Below, piece after piece: positions 38,525 through 52,818 of a stretch of 64,000 nt of DNA. The stretch spans positions 43,710,001-43,774,000 of the forward strand of contig OZ076421.1 of NCBI GenBank assembly GCA_964187785.1. Reading direction: 5' to 3'. The notes under the pieces are model-generated. The model saw only the letters and a list, made by a program, of their open reading frames with translations, did not search any database and had not been told where the DNA came from. Source of the stretch: Amphiscolops sp. MND2022. Its lineage: Eukaryota. A program made the translations under genes and the position numbers. How positions within the stretch are numbered: the first letter of the stretch is position 1; the number at the start of each line of letters is the position of its first letter.

Positions 38525-38928
38525 CGGAAATGATCTTTTCTACTTTGGATATTTTTTGAAAAGTAACACGTTGTATCCAGACCAGTGTCTTTACTGTGAC
38601 TTTTCAATACACGATTGAGAAATTCATGAAACGTTTTTAGGAACATTCATGGAACATTGAAAAATGCGGACCATGTCATTAATTCCCCCCAGGTACACCT
38701 TGTTAGGAAACCACCCCCCTCCCCCGAATACGAAAGCACATTTTGCTCTTGAATAGAAATATTTCACTGATAAGAAAATATTATATGAAGGTATATACTT
38801 AGAGGATTGTCTCTACAGCTGTTTGGACACTTCAGGTGAAAAATTACCATAATTTTTTGCTATTTTTGTCCAAAATAGCAGAAATTCACGTTTGGAACAA
38901 GCTAAAATCGTGTAAAAAGCCCCCTATT

Positions 38929-39617
38929 TCAGTGCAAATTTTGTTCGCTATAAAATCTAATGAGCAACTTTTAACTGACAGTCAATTTAATGGATAGGAT
39001 TATGTCGACATCAATTACTTTATTGGACCAAAATTTCAGCGTAAACGATGTCGACATAATGGTATTTGAACCTTCTGTCTTATTTCCCCCGCCGCAGTTT
39101 GGGGGGGGGGGGTAGATGAAATGGTCCAAAAATCCGAAGTAAAAAAGGTTCTTTCTGACTTTGCTTGTATATAAATAGGAGAAAATAATACATATGACAT
39201 ATACGAAATGTTTTAAAACGGCCTCAGGTATCCAGTTGAAGATTTTCGATTTGAAATCTTTTGGAGGAAAAATCAGTGCAAATTTTGTTCGCTATAAAAT
39301 CTAATGAGCAACTTTTAACTGACAGTCAATTTAAGGGATAGGATTATGTCGACATCAATTACTTTATTGGACCAAAATTTCAGCGTAAACGATGTCGACA
39401 TAATGGTATTTGAACCTTCTGTCTTATTTCCCCCGCCGCAGTTTGGGGGGGGGGTAGATGACATGGTCCAAAAATCCGAAGTAAAAAAGGTTTTTTCTGA
39501 CTTTGCTTGTATCTAAATAGGAGAAAATAATACATATGACATATACGAAATGTTTTAAAACGGCCTCAGGTATCCAATTGAAGATTTTCGAATTGAAATC
39601 TTTTCGAGGAAAAATCA
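38929..39617. repeat. Tandem duplication, 2 x ~344 bp
   Basis: TCAGTGCAAATTTTGTTCG starts at 38929 and 39273. The copies are nearly identical, with a few substitutions and a G-run length difference. Confidence 0.95.
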
Positions 39618-42600
39618 TCTCGAAAGAAGTCTTTTTCGTTCATAATTACTAATTAATACAAGCCACGAAAAGAAATTTTCATTTTGCAATGGCACAATGT
39701 GATGAAATTATATTTGCGTTATGCTTGTTTCTCCCTTTTGCCATTCAATGCAAATTCAGCATTGAATAGGCATTCAAGAAACTGTTCATTCGAGTGTTTG
39801 AATTAGAAATGTCACGATGTTTGATCGACAGAATCAGTAATCTCCTTCCAAAATTTCGAGTGATGTTCCAAAAGGAAACAGTTAAAAATAGAGTTGTTGG
39901 AATACACTCTACGATTTCTTTTGTTTTTGATACATCTTCAAATTTTACAAATTTTCATTTTCCGCCCATTTTCTACATCTGGTGATGAAAAATTCTCTGC
40001 CGGAATTTTTCACCAAATTTTGTCGACGTCTAGACTTATAGGCAGACATCTGATTATTCAATCTAACGTATTGATACTTCTGCAAAATTGAACGACTTTG
40101 TTCAAGACACAGTCATTGTAGGATGGTTCAATTTTGACATACCAAAACGATGAAAACTTGCAGAATGTGTTCACATGATAATTCAACTTCAATTCTGAAT
40201 TTCCAAAAAATATCAATAGAAAATCAGTCCTGATTAGTAGGCTCTAAACGGCAGGTTCTTGGCCAAGCTAATTGAAGTCTAGACCATATGAGGCTCCATT
40301 CATTTCCTACAAAAGGCAATAAAAACGTCTGAGGCTCGACCAGAGCGCGATGCCTTGTTGTTGAGCTTCGGTTTTTGGCACTCATTCTTTTTTTGTGGGC
40401 AAAAACAGGAATGAAAACAGTTGCTTGAATTGTTTCCAATATGTAGCTCATATTTCTCAGAACTGAAAATAGATAAGAAAACCGTTCTCCCTTAGAAAGT
40501 ACGGCAAGGATGTAGGCTGTTTTTTACCATCAAAGTTTCCGTCATTAAGTATGACGCCTTTGTTTTTCTGCCAAAAATACATGAAAATTTTTCTTGCTTT
40601 TTCTATCGAAAAAAATTCTTGACTAGATGAGTTCAAAATGTTATCATATCGTAGCACTTTCTGCACACCATTGAACGTTTGTGCTCGAAGCCGTGCGCAA
40701 CAGTTCGTCGCTCCCAAATTTTATCTTTGAGGCGTTCCTGATATGTGGCCTAAAATTCCGAAACAAGGCCTCTTTTACCGAACCTATTTCAGATAGCGGT
40801 TTGAATGTTCTGCAAGGCACAATTTTTTAAATTTTTTAAAGACTCTAAGCTGCATTCCAATTGAAAACTTTTCCGCAAATGTTTAGGTTACATTATTCTT
40901 TTTTACCGAAACATAGTTTGAGATTTAGTTGCTTTTTGCGGCGTTACTGTTAAATTTCGCTCATGATACATCTTTGGTAGCCTTTTCTCATTTACTCAAT
41001 ATAGATTTCTCCAAAACGAAATTTGATTTGGTTTTTGCGTAGGAAATTCAGTAAGACTCTGGGCTACATTTTAGTCAAAAGTGTTTCGCAAAAGTCACGG
41101 TTACATCGGTTTTTCTCGAAACATTTTCGAAAATTGTTGAACGTTCGGTATTTTTCTGTGGTGTTTCTTTTAGTTTTGACTATATCTCCGATTTTTAAAA
41201 GCAGTTTGTTTTTTTCCGTACAAAAGATGTCACACACATTTTAGTTGATTTTTTTTCAGAAGAAATTCCAGATGCATCGTTTTTTGCCGAAAAAAAAACA
41301 TTTTTGGCAGTCTACAGGTACTTAGAATTTTTGTACGAAAAATTTCAAAAACTGATTTTTGGGTGGATTTAGTTGTTTTAGGAACTTCTTGTTCACATAG
41401 CCCTGTTCTGGTATTGTAGGCTGCAGCTACTAACGGGTCTGGGATAACGTTTGTGTCAGAAATTTTTGTCGAAAATTTCGGCTACATAGTTCTTGGCCTA
41501 CACAATTTTGAAAATCGTTCAAATTTCGGACTTTTTTGTCGGAAATTTCTTAGGTCTTACCTCTTGATCCTCTTGAATGGCTCGTTTCCTGGTTCTCTTC
41601 ACGAGCAGCGACTCGCAAATCGATTTTTAACTTTTCTCGCTACAATTTTTATATCACTGCTTTTTCTTTAATAGCCGATTTACACCTGTTTAAAAGCCAA
41701 GAACTTTCATATCCCAGCAAAGTGTCTAATACATGCACCAATCGGCCGAATGTTGTTTGGATGATTTTGAAACTTTTATTGTTATTAGCAAGGTTGAGAT
41801 AATTTAGCATTTGGGTCTCAGCTTTAGGCATTAAATCATCTCACTGGTCTCACTGAAGGTGTGTACGTCTAGTTGCAGCTTTGCGTCGACGCGCAATGTA
41901 ACTTGCGCCTATGTTTTTCTTCGATTTAGAGTCATGAATGACGCAGATTATCGTCGGTGTGTAATCATGAATCTTTCATGGCTCACATCATGATCAGTTT
42001 GGAATCTGGGATCAGTTTGGAATATCCCCGGGTTGTCTTGAAGTGCAATCTATACAATCATTCCCGAGGAAAAAAATGTGAAGTGCTTGTTAAGTTGGTA
42101 TGAAAATTGATGAATCTATATCCTTCCTCCAAGTTTCAAAACTCTCTAATTAAGAGTATTCAAAACTAGTGATTTTTCTCTTCCAGTTTTTCTCTTTTGA
42201 ATTTATGAAAAGCGGTAATTATAAGTCTCAATTATAGTCTACTTCGTGAACTCTTACTTCACTTCTCTTCTGATTTCTTACTTGAAATAAATAAGAAGTC
42301 TCGTACTTAAAATTTTCGTTATTATGCCTTCCAGTTTTTACACAAAAGAAATTTCAGGTTTGAGTTCGAACGGAAGGACTTAATTTTACGACCCGGGAAA
42401 AAAGAGTGTTTGGGTTCAGAAATATGTGAATTGAACTTTTCTCTATTTATACTAAAATTGTAATAGATATCAGTTATACAAAAGCAAAACAAACAAATTA
42501 GGCTAAATAAACAAAATACAACTAAATCTGGTTTAATATCAATCTTTAAATAATATAAGTTAGGCTACTAGGAAAGGGTTATTGAATTAAGGTATTAGGA

Positions 42601-43087
42601 AATAAGCCGTAAAGTTTTTATTATGTTTGGTTTTATCAAGTCAGAAGTTAGGCCTCTTTTCTAAACTGCAGCTAATAGCTAGCACGGCGTTTATAGTCCA
42701 CCGATTGTCACGGACTGGGAAAGATAGCGAATTGCTATTCTTTGGTTTTAGAACAACGCTTCGTTGTACTATTTTTATAGAGCGCTATACAGCTACTCTT
42801 TGTCTCAAGTTGAGAACCGTCCGACTTGAAGAGTCAAACAATAGCTACGTTATTTCAGTCCCTTATAACCCAGCTGAGGCTGTGGTTCTTAGTTTAAAGT
42901 CAGTGATTATCACCAGACTTTGGTTTAGAGTCTACTATAAAGCAGGGACTATTCAATCTTTGTTGAACAAATACGATATAATAGCTTCTGTTCGAAGTCA
43001 AAAGTCAACTGAAACTCCAACGTAAGACAATGATTGCTCTAGCTTGAGAGCAGATTTGAAATTGTTTTGGCTCGAGAATAGTGACTG

Positions 43088-43335
43088 AAAATAGTCTAAG
43101 ATAGAATTGCTTTACTTGAAGCAGTGTTGAAAACAGTCTAAGATAAAATTGCTTCAGCTAGGAAGCAGGCTTGACAAAAGTGTAAGATAGAATTGCTTTA
43201 TTTGAAGCCGCGTTGAGAATTGTCTAACTTAAAATTGCTTCAGCTAGGAAGCAGACTTGACAAAAGTCTAAGATAGAATTGCTTTACTTAGAGCAGCGTT
43301 GAGAATTGTCTAAGATAAAATTGAGCCAAGACTTG
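43088..43335. repeat. Alternating 42/44-bp tandem repeat (86-bp higher-order unit), ~6 monomers
   Basis: Monomers share AGTCTAAGATAGAATTGCTT and alternate the tails TACTTGAAGCAGTGTTG and CAGCTAGGAAGCAGGCTTG. Confidence 0.85.
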
Positions 43336-43560
43336 TAAAACTTTAAGTAATACTGATTTAGGTTTAGGTTAAGAAAAAAAGACTTATAAAAATTGAAAGT
43401 GAAAGTGAAAGCTCCGAAAAAAAATTGAAAAGATCTTAACTAACAAATACTGCGCCGCGCTGATGATGGGAGTTGAACTCGTGCAAGAACATTGAGAGGT
43501 TGGAGTGGTCGGGTTTGTCGATTTAGTATTATTCCAAAAGAAGAGCTCTGAGAGTTGAAA

Positions 43561-43660
43561 AATTGGTCTGCTTTTATACTAAATTTGACCACTTCGTCAG
43601 CCAGTAAAATTGAATCACTATCGTGATTGGCTGACGAGCATGACGTCATATGACGTCAAG
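43561..43660 (-). promoter_or_regulatory. Compact Pol II promoter-like cluster (probably the U3 of an LTR-like element ~42200-43660)
   Basis: Two TGACGTCA (43641-43648, 43651-43658), AGCCAATC (43625-43632) and TATAAAAG (43571-43578) in correct order on the minus strand. AATAAA lies downstream at 42617-42622. Element ends and TSD not found. Confidence 0.45.
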
Positions 43661-45329
43661 TCAAATGACTAAACAAACGAAAGTATTTTGTATGTGTTAT
43701 TCGCAGGTAGCGTCCACGACAAAATGAGTTCATTTGACAACATGACCAAATAAGGAATATGTGCAGCATCGCTGAACAAGGGAGTGAACACCTTCGAGCT
43801 TGTTCAAATTTCAGAGCTGAGCAAGAAAAAAAATAAAGATAAAACTGCGCAATTTACAAAAGATAAAACTACATATTACAAGTTTTGAGTTTATTTTTTT
43901 GAGTTTTCACAGTAAGTTTCTTTCTTTTTATTTGTCATAAGTTCCACACGACAAAAAGAACCATCAACTTATTAAGGTGACTGTAGAGCCGGCAAATAAG
44001 TATTCCGGCAAACAAGTACAACCCGGCCTTTCTTATTCAAAACTACATAGTGCCTCTAGAAGAAGCAAAATGAAACAAAATCTCAAAATCGGATAGTCCA
44101 GAAACAGCTGGGAATTTGAAGAAATGATAGCAGTAAAAGTTTCTTGAAGATTTATCTTGTTTACAAATATGTTTACAACTTACGCGATGGAAATTGTAGC
44201 AGTTACGAACGGCCATTTTTAGATAAAACTACTTCAGAATTGAAGTTTTTCCAACTTTTCATGGCCTATTTTTGGGAAATTAGGAAACTGCACATGCTTG
44301 TTTGGGAGTATTATGTTCAACTGACTCCCTGAAAATATCGAAGACCCCTGATGTTTTAACTTCAAAAGCATTCAAAAATCTTTTCAGAAAAATATGCTGT
44401 ATACATAGGGTTTCTCGAAATTAGATGTATCAAGATACGATTTTGAAATTGAACAACCTAAAACAAGACCATAAAACAATTCACGATATTTGCAAGAGAA
44501 AATCATTTTGTCAGTTCGAAAGTGTTCGGGAGAATTTTTAAGTCGAAAGTGTTTTGAAATCAGCCACTTTTCCATGATTTCAGCCTCATTCGAGATCAGT
44601 TACAAATGAATCAACAGGCCAACTGAAAGAAAACATTGCTGTGGTAAAAATGGGGATAAAGGATGAGAAATGCTCAATGTTTTCATAATTGCTTACATCA
44701 AATGACTATGTTGCTCTAATATGTCACAATGGGACCAGACAGTCATAGACAGTCTCATACATGCATGGTCATCCTGTAACCATAAACATGTACCATAAAT
44801 CGTGCAGTCTATGGCTATCCTGTTACCATAAACATGCAGACACCTATTTTTGATTGTCATGTTCATCATCTATGTGCCAGACATTACAATGAATGGCTTG
44901 AAAACGTACTGTGATTATTCATGTACACTATCGTCAGACTGCTTCCGAAATTACGAAAATCACGGGAAATTTCAATAGGCCAAAAAGTTGTAGGTAATTG
45001 ATGGTAAATGATAATGTGACACAACAAAACATTCCACTTGTAGCAAAGATCAACGGAAATATATAAACATCACAAAAGTTCACAAAAGCAACAATCATAT
45101 GACGACATGAGGCTTTGCCGATAAGTAATCTTAGAACAAAAAGCTGAGAAGGTCTTCTAAGAAACATTGAAAGTCCGAGTCTTCAAGTCCGTGGAGTTAA
45201 CATATGAGCGTGTATAGATCATGTCTTTACAAGTTACCCGGTCGATAGTAACACTGTACCAATAACTAAAACAGACCAATACGCAGTTGAAACGACTTTA
45301 CTTTTAACTTTAAGTTGAATAGGAAGTTT

Positions 45330-45594
45330 TCGGACTCATCCAGAAATCTGGTGCTTAAACTTTAAACCGCAATATCTTCTGAACCATTCAAGTCCAACAA
45401 GCGATTTATAGCGCGCTCGAAAGAAGAGAGTCAGGGCTTTCAAATCGATTTTTGAACGGCTGGGCTGGGGCCCCGCTAGCGTCATACTAGCTCCGGACCT
45501 TGCGCCAAAACTTTGCACGCCTCGTGTATCTGACTGCATTTCAGCGTGTTTGAAAACATGCTAGGTGCACTTTGACCCAATCTTGATACCAGGG
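45330..45594. mobile_element. Possible piggyBac-like transposon end
   Basis: GC-richer segment ending AGGG followed by TTAA (45595-45598). Partner end not found. Confidence 0.25.
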
Positions 45595-47939
45595 TTAAAG
45601 AGGGCACAAACGAAAACTGGAAAAACGGACAACCTGCGCTCATTTTTTTGATTTTTTGGAATCATGTCAATATTACGTGAACCGGAATGCAATGCTCTAT
45701 AATATTGTCTGGAAAAGACATTCAAAAGTTTTCTTTACCATACGGTCAACTGGTTCGTTTAGAAGTTTGCAGAAACTAACTGGTAAGAATTCGTACCAAT
45801 GGTTCATTTAGGGTTAAAGAAAAGATGGGTTGAATATCATCAACTACGTACAGACTTGAAAAGAGACATTTAACTGAGAGCTTTGAAACATTTTGATTAT
45901 GAAAACGAGTAGAAATAGTCGTTGTTGGGTGACATGAGCCTTTAGATTGAGTTTTGGCTGCCTGTACCGAAAGTAGAGTGTTTTTATAGTCCTAAAATTT
46001 TGTCCATCGTGATAAGATGCGATCTTGGATTAATTTATTATCTTAAAATACGATATTATTAAGAATCTTGCCATGGGTTCCATGGTCGCCAAGACGTAGT
46101 AAGAATTTGGTAAGATTTGCCAAAATAGCCAAGATGCTAATAAGAGGGTAGCAAAAAATGTTCAACAAAATGAAAAACATTGATATCAAAAATTCCGTGA
46201 GCTGTGGTACTGTATCCAACATCAGCTCATGAAATCTAACGAATAATTTTTACAAGGAAATTGAACGAATCACTCATTATATTGGAAACAGCCAGACCCG
46301 ATAATCGAACCTTAACTAACAGATCATTTCTAGGACTGTATTACATCCGATATTTATCAAATTTTTATTTTGAAAGTAGCGACAAATCATATAAAATGTG
46401 AGAAAGAAAACTTGAAATCTATAAGTCAATCAGATTACTTTTCACGTGCAGTGAAGTTTTTGGGGCTCTCAGTTAGAATCGAAAGGTTAAATTCTATTAT
46501 CGAAATGTGTTTTTCGCGACATAGCAAAACGTTTTTGCAAACGCAATCAACGACAATCGATAATATTTCAAGGATCAATAAAACAAAAGATGCAAAGGAC
46601 ATCTTCGCTTTCTAGGTGCCGGTATTTTTAACGACAAGGAAAGTTGCGCGCTTTTGGGTAGGGTCCCGGCGCGCTTCAGAGATCCAAAAAAAACAACCTG
46701 ATTGAACGATGCTCGATTGCCCGATTTTCTAAACTATGCGTCAAAATTTGCTGAAATTTGGCATGAAGCTTCCTTGGAACATTCTGGGAAAAATCAAAAA
46801 GGAGATTTTCCGAAAAAAATTGACATTATTTTTACAGTTGATATTTCGCCACAGGATCACGCTAGCGCCTCGCAACCTAGCGATGTAGAACACGTTCTCC
46901 AAGTCTGGTGGTGATCGGACTTAAACTCGGGGGGTGATAGCCGTTTATTGGGTGCGTTTTTTGTCGTTTTTGGTTATGCCGATTTATCTCTGCCATTTTT
47001 TTTACCCAAACTTTTTTCCAGAGAGTCGCCTAGTGGCCTCCCCCTGGCCGATTGTTCTGCCAGCAAAACCATTTGGCCCTTTTACCGCAGTTTCAGCATT
47101 CTAGCGTTTTCCGGGTAGAAGATGAATGAATTAGAATTGTTTTGAAAAATTTTCGAATTTTTTTTTCTTCAATTTCAGGCCTCCCAAAGTTAAGAAATTT
47201 CCACACAACTAGGATTGCAAGTAGATGCATGTAGAAAGTACTCAGACAGGCGAGAAAAATGTGCTATAGAACGTGTCCCTCTCTTAACCTGACCATGACT
47301 TATGATGTTTGAGTGTGAAAATGGTTAGGGGTAAAAATGTCAAAAATCAAAATGGAAGCTTAGTCTCATTGAAAACTCACCGGAAGCCGTGCAATCGACC
47401 ACAAAAGGTGCTGAATGGTAGTTGACGATCTATCAACACCATTCAAGGTCTTTTGACTGATATTGAAATTGATAACGTTTTATTCATCAAGAAGCACGAA
47501 ACAGTTGAGTACATTCCATCTCCCTTCCGGGGGAGATGAGAATGTACTCGCCAAAGTCCAGCTACTACAGCCCATATTTGTTTTTATACGACGCTCTTTA
47601 TGCTAGTGCGCATACCTAATAATCCTTTTACTGAATTTTCTTCTGTCTGAACTTCGACTTTGACTTGACTTATACTGAAGGTTACAACCTTACAACATAC
47701 ACATGACTAACGTCGACGTCCCATGTGTGCATCAACGCCCACCGTCCGTGGGCATGCCGAGGCATGCCCTTCTACGACGTATGGCAAATGAGCGCTGTAG
47801 CTAGGTTTCATACATTGGTTAATTGATCGCAAAATGCTACTGAACAAATTATAAAAAGATGGCTTTCTTAGCGAAATCGATGATTTTACCATGATTTGGC
47901 AGATTATAACACAAATAGATTGGAGTTTGCTACAACCGA

Positions 47940-48520
47940 GAGACTAACATCCAGAATCAGAGATTGTCCTCAGAGTTCATTGGGGCCATTCTTGTTCGAT
48001 ATAATAGAACAATGATCTCTCAAATAGAATCGACAACTCTTGGCAGGTGACAACGTTTTACATAAAATCGAAAGCAAACCTACGCAAGTCATTCCCAATG
48101 TAATAGGCATTTAAAAAAGTTTGGCGTAACAATCAAACGACAATTCAATGTAGACAAAGTGAAATCCAGAAAATTGGAAGTACGAGACGCGTGTCAAAAA
48201 TATAGTTACAGGCAAATTTAATGACTTTAGATCTATTAATAAACTCGAGGTATACATAGAAAGGAACCTAAATTTTAAAAATCACTTTTCATACCCAACA
48301 AAAACTCAAGAAGCTTAGTGGTATAAGACACAAAGTTAAAACACCTATCCTCAAAGATGTATTCTAACATTTCCGTTACAATTTGTTTCCGAAATGTGGT
48401 ATTCTATTGTATATAGCCACTAGTAGAACGCATTTGGGGCTATCGATTATGCTAACAAAAATCTGAGGGAATTGTTTTCAAAGAAGGAACAAATCCTCTG
48501 CCAAAGTATGCTCTATAAAC
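47940..48520 (+). pseudogene. Degenerate CR1/L2-like RT fragment
   Basis: Broken frames CPQSSLGPFLF, FNVDKVK and GIHRK/ERNLNFKNH echo the GVPQGS.LGP.LF, FN..K and LGV..D..L.F..H motifs. Confidence 0.5.
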
Positions 48521-48639
48521 CACATTTTGAAAATGTTTGAAAGTTATATGAAAGAAATTCGGCACAAAATTTTTAGAACCCAACTATTTTTTGCCGTGCC
48601 CTTTTTCGAATCAAACGAAGACCCGAATATCTACGGTAC

Positions 48640-49030
48640 ATGTAGAAAAGATAATGGTTGATTATATACCTTGGTTCGAAAAAAATAGCCGCGGCAATAT
48701 TTTTGAAAAATGCGTATAGCTTGAAGGCGGCATGTTTTGGCGAAACGTAGCACTTCCCGAAGAACTATTTTTTTTTGCCGAAAATTCGGTACAATTTTTG
48801 CTGTGGCCACCCAATTCTCCAGACAATAATTCTGTGGAAAATGTGTGGGCGATGCCCAAACCTTTTGTGGAGAAGAAAAATCCGAAATCAAAATACAAAC
48901 TCATTCAATAATATGTTCAAGAATCTCAACATGTAATTTTGTCGGTGGTAAAATAATTGATGGGTTGTATCCCGACGCGTTTGGGCCAGTGTCTTGAAAA
49001 CGAAGGAAAATTTGTAAGGAAATGGCCTGG
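48640..49030 (+). pseudogene. Tc1/mariner transposase relic
   Basis: FLLWPPNSPDNNSVENVWAM matches the Tc1 WPPNSPDLNPIENVW motif. Followed by LMGCIPTRLGQCLENEG (SMP.RL..CI...G motif). Confidence 0.65.
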
Positions 49031-51299
49031 GACTGAATAGCCAAGGCAAAGACGCAACAGACTTATTTTTTGTATATTATTTTGGTCGCTCAATGCTTAG
49101 AAAATTATATTTTTCCAACTGCCAATTTTTTGAACCAAGGTATATAATCATTTTTCGTTGAAAAAATTTCTTTTAACACAGATTAAGTTTTTCTGCTTCA
49201 AGTTCCCTTTTCCATCTCCATTTTCAGGATACTCTCCACGAGAGCGAACCATGGCAACATGAATTCCAAATAACGGTGTGATTTACAATTCATAAAAACA
49301 CAGAAATCTAGAAGCTCACCGTCGCTCATTTTGCGCTTTCTCAGCCCTATGCGTCGTTTTTTGACGTGACCACAGCACTTAGCTAGCGACAAAAGCCCCG
49401 TTCATAACCGGCATTGAACCATTATTGCAGTTCAAAGAACATCGGTGGATAGTTGGGTTCGAAGATTCTTACCTACCCAATTACCTATCGGTGGAATTCA
49501 TAAACTTTGTTGCAGAATCTTGTTTCACATTCAAAAATTAATACTTCAAGACAAATAATGTCAGAACATGCAAATTTGCTCACAATATTTGCTTCCAAAA
49601 AACGCGGTGGTCTGTTGAATCTGGGCCCCAGTTCTGGGCTGGCTCTGATCTACCTCTGGGGTGGCAACCAGGGCAAATTTTGGCAACTGGTTATTCTAAC
49701 CAGTCTTGAGCAAATCACTTTGAAACCACAGCTTCAAGTCGACCATTGCTTGACCACTTGGCTGCAAGTATGGTACCACAGCTTGCTACGGGGAGATAGT
49801 ATTCGAAAGGGCGCCAACTTATAAACGCAGAACCGTTTGTTCGGAGTCCACATCGCGGAATTGGAGAAATTAACTTTCTTCTAATCATTAACTCGAGGAA
49901 CTAACATTTGAATCCAGGAATTAGCTGAAAAGTACACTGAATGTGTTTTACTCTCTTTTTTGACTAATTTATGACGAGCACCAATACCTTCCCATGTTCT
50001 TCAAGTTCACTTTATCGAACAAACTGATGATAAAAGGCCATTTATGGTTTTGAATGATACCAAGAGGTGTCCTAATTTCGAGTCATACTCGGAAATATGC
50101 GTGTTCACAAACTGAAGATTTATTTCATCCTGAAATGAAGTGACTTTGACTTGAAAGCAACTCTTTCCTGAAGAAATTATCCAAGATGAAAGAAGCGCGA
50201 CTGGGATAAACAAAATTCTAATCAAACCACGTCTCCAAAAGCAGCGTTTCAAAAATCTGGGTCTCGATTTTGAGATGAAATTGCCAAAATTGAAAAAAAA
50301 ATCTGTGTTAAAAGCTGAAGCAAGCGAGGAGCTCTAGCAAATTTCAAGAAGTTGTTATTTGATATTTGATGTGATTTTTTTCCGTGAAACTGGACTATTC
50401 CCTGGTTCAAGTCTCCCAGGAACTTGCATAACTTCCAGGAACATACATGCTCCAGATTAAGTTTTCGATGATGCATTGATTTTTTTTACCACGTGCATAA
50501 ACAAGCTTACAGAACCAAACAGAGAAAAACTTTCGTTGGAACATTTTTGGTACCAAGTTTAAAGAAAATTGAAGCATTAAAGCAATTGATTTTCTAAAGA
50601 ACTATCAGAAAGTTGCTCTTTTCCGGAAAATACAAGATTAGAAAGTGCTCTTTCATCGGAAAACTAATGGAAAAATTTGTCGAAAGTTGGACCATAATGA
50701 TCTTTATGTCAAAAACAAAAGGTATCCGAAATAGGCAATAACTGCAAGCTAATTAAAGAGTTATGCCTCGGAAACAGCAGACTTACATCGTTAAAATGTA
50801 GTCGACATTCGCACAAAAAAACATAGCTACAAAAGAAGAAATAAAAATGGTTTCGGAAGATATAAAGTACGTTGTATGTTAAGAATGTCGCAAAAAACTA
50901 GATCACAAAAGGCTTTGTGAGGACCTTAGTCCAGACAACCGGAACATTTTAATTGCATAAAAAGACCTTTTTGACAGAAAAAAAATCAAGAGTCTTGTGT
51001 GACACAAATATAGGATTATAGTGCAATTTCCACTATTGTAAATAAATTTGAAAAAAAAAATCGTTTTTCGTTGTCTTCATATTTTGACTTCTCAAATACT
51101 CCTCTGATGCAATCGCCGCTTCTCAAATCGCACGCTGAAGAACCGAAATAATATCTGAAAGACTACGAACAATACATTGGCGTCAAAATGAAACAATTAT
51201 GCCAGCTAATTTCATGCTAAGTTTGAAAAATTATAGGCTGAACAATCAGAGACATAAGAAGAAAAAAGAATACTTGGGTTTCCTTCAATTTAGAAACGC

Positions 51300-52810
51300 G
51301 TTGACTTATCCAAGCTTGTAATTCAATTCAAATTGATAAATTTTTTATCTTACTTGCGCGCAGTATTCGATCGAAATCATCAAGGAAATTTTAGCGGAAA
51401 GCAACTTTCTTGTCAAACAGATTCACTTTATGGTAATCAAAACCTTCAATTTGAAATTGATCAAACTCGAAAATTCTGCAGTATCTTCAGGAGACGATGC
51501 TATGAAAATCTACTCCGAATGGAAGAATATTTTTTCTGGTCTTTTCGTTACACATTTCGAGAAAGAATTTTTTTCCAAAAAGCAAGTTTCAAACACATTT
51601 TGGTTCTGAAACTGCCTTGAAATTAAAGGGTCAGTTGCTGTAACGTTATGCTGCTGCGTTTCAACGCTTACACTTGTATTTTTTGGAGTTTTTAACAAGA
51701 TTCTTGGTAATTCTTGGAATTTTCCGAGTTGTCTCGTACTAAAGCACCTCCTTGCTACCTCTGGTGTGTCTAAGGTTGTGCTAAAAAGTTTTTTCCAATG
51801 GAACAATAGTCGAAAAACTTTGAAAGTCCTTTACCCCAGTGGTTTCTTATTAACAAGTCAATCTTTTCATACGGTATCATCGATTCAATCGGTACGCGTA
51901 CAAATTGTCTCAACTATACTATGAGACAGGCGACAGAGAACTATGACAGCCGATATTTCAAACTATCAACAAACTGGGGATGGATGTTCAACGATAATGA
52001 AAATATTGTCTCGGAGGAAACTAAGATGGAAAGATCGACAGAAACCATTCATTTCGGTCATTCTGGAATCACCAAGTTGAGTACGATGCCAAAACATTTT
52101 GTTGGCCGCACATTACATGAGACGTTGAAGAAACGAAGCAAAACAGTGTAGGTTGAATATGGAAAACTAATTTCTACGAGCATTAGATAGATTTAGAAAA
52201 TGGCCCACCGGGAGACTTTGTAAAACTTCGGAAGTAAAGAAGTTGTCAACTTCCATTCCCAAAACTAAAATCTCTTCGGAATAAAAATCCAAAAACTGCG
52301 GCTCATTCACAGCGAAGGAATACATTGATTTTTGTAAACCGAAAACCATTGGAAAACTGCATTCGGAGAAAACATAAAAGTATAGGAGCAGCCGAGTGCG
52401 CTTTTCAAACGTTGAAGAAATTCATCTTCGAAAATTCGAAAGACACTTCTTATTAACTGAGTGTATAAAAAAGCACTAAACGTAATTAAACATACAACAC
52501 AACCGAGATTGAAATGAACGCTGTTTGAACAGCATCACAGTGGGAATCCTAATGGAAAAACTTTCGAAGCTCAAAACTTCAGTTATTATGTATCGTTTTA
52601 GATTCGAGGAAAAACCAAAGCCTACGCGATGTCGATGAATGAGATTGCAAAGTCTACCAAACGGAAAGCTCAAAAAGTCACTCACAATTGCGAGAAAAAA
52701 ACGAATAGGAGTTTGCGTCGCTCCTACGAAACAGCTTTGGTAGCCATGGCTGATTGCAGTTACGACAACTCCGTAAATATGGCAATAAGGACTTACTTTG
52801 AATTTACGTC
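51300..52810 (+). pseudogene. Old Ty3/Gypsy pol relic hosting the young Gypsy insertion
   Basis: LSTNWGWMFNDNENIV...ETIHFGHSGITKL resembles the integrase N-terminal (LST..GL.F.D.RIV.P...LH.GH.G..KM) motif. Heavily decayed; boundaries approximate. Confidence 0.5.
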
Positions 52811-52818
52811 AACTCTAC

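Noticed and set aside
37715-43335. Short repeat arrays (37715-37930, 43088-43335) as CRISPR-like arrays
   Set aside because: No unique spacers, no cas genes, eukaryotic context. These are tandem repeats.
49507-49824. 105-aa ORF in a GC-richer patch
   Set aside because: No motif, codon bias or splice evidence in any frame.
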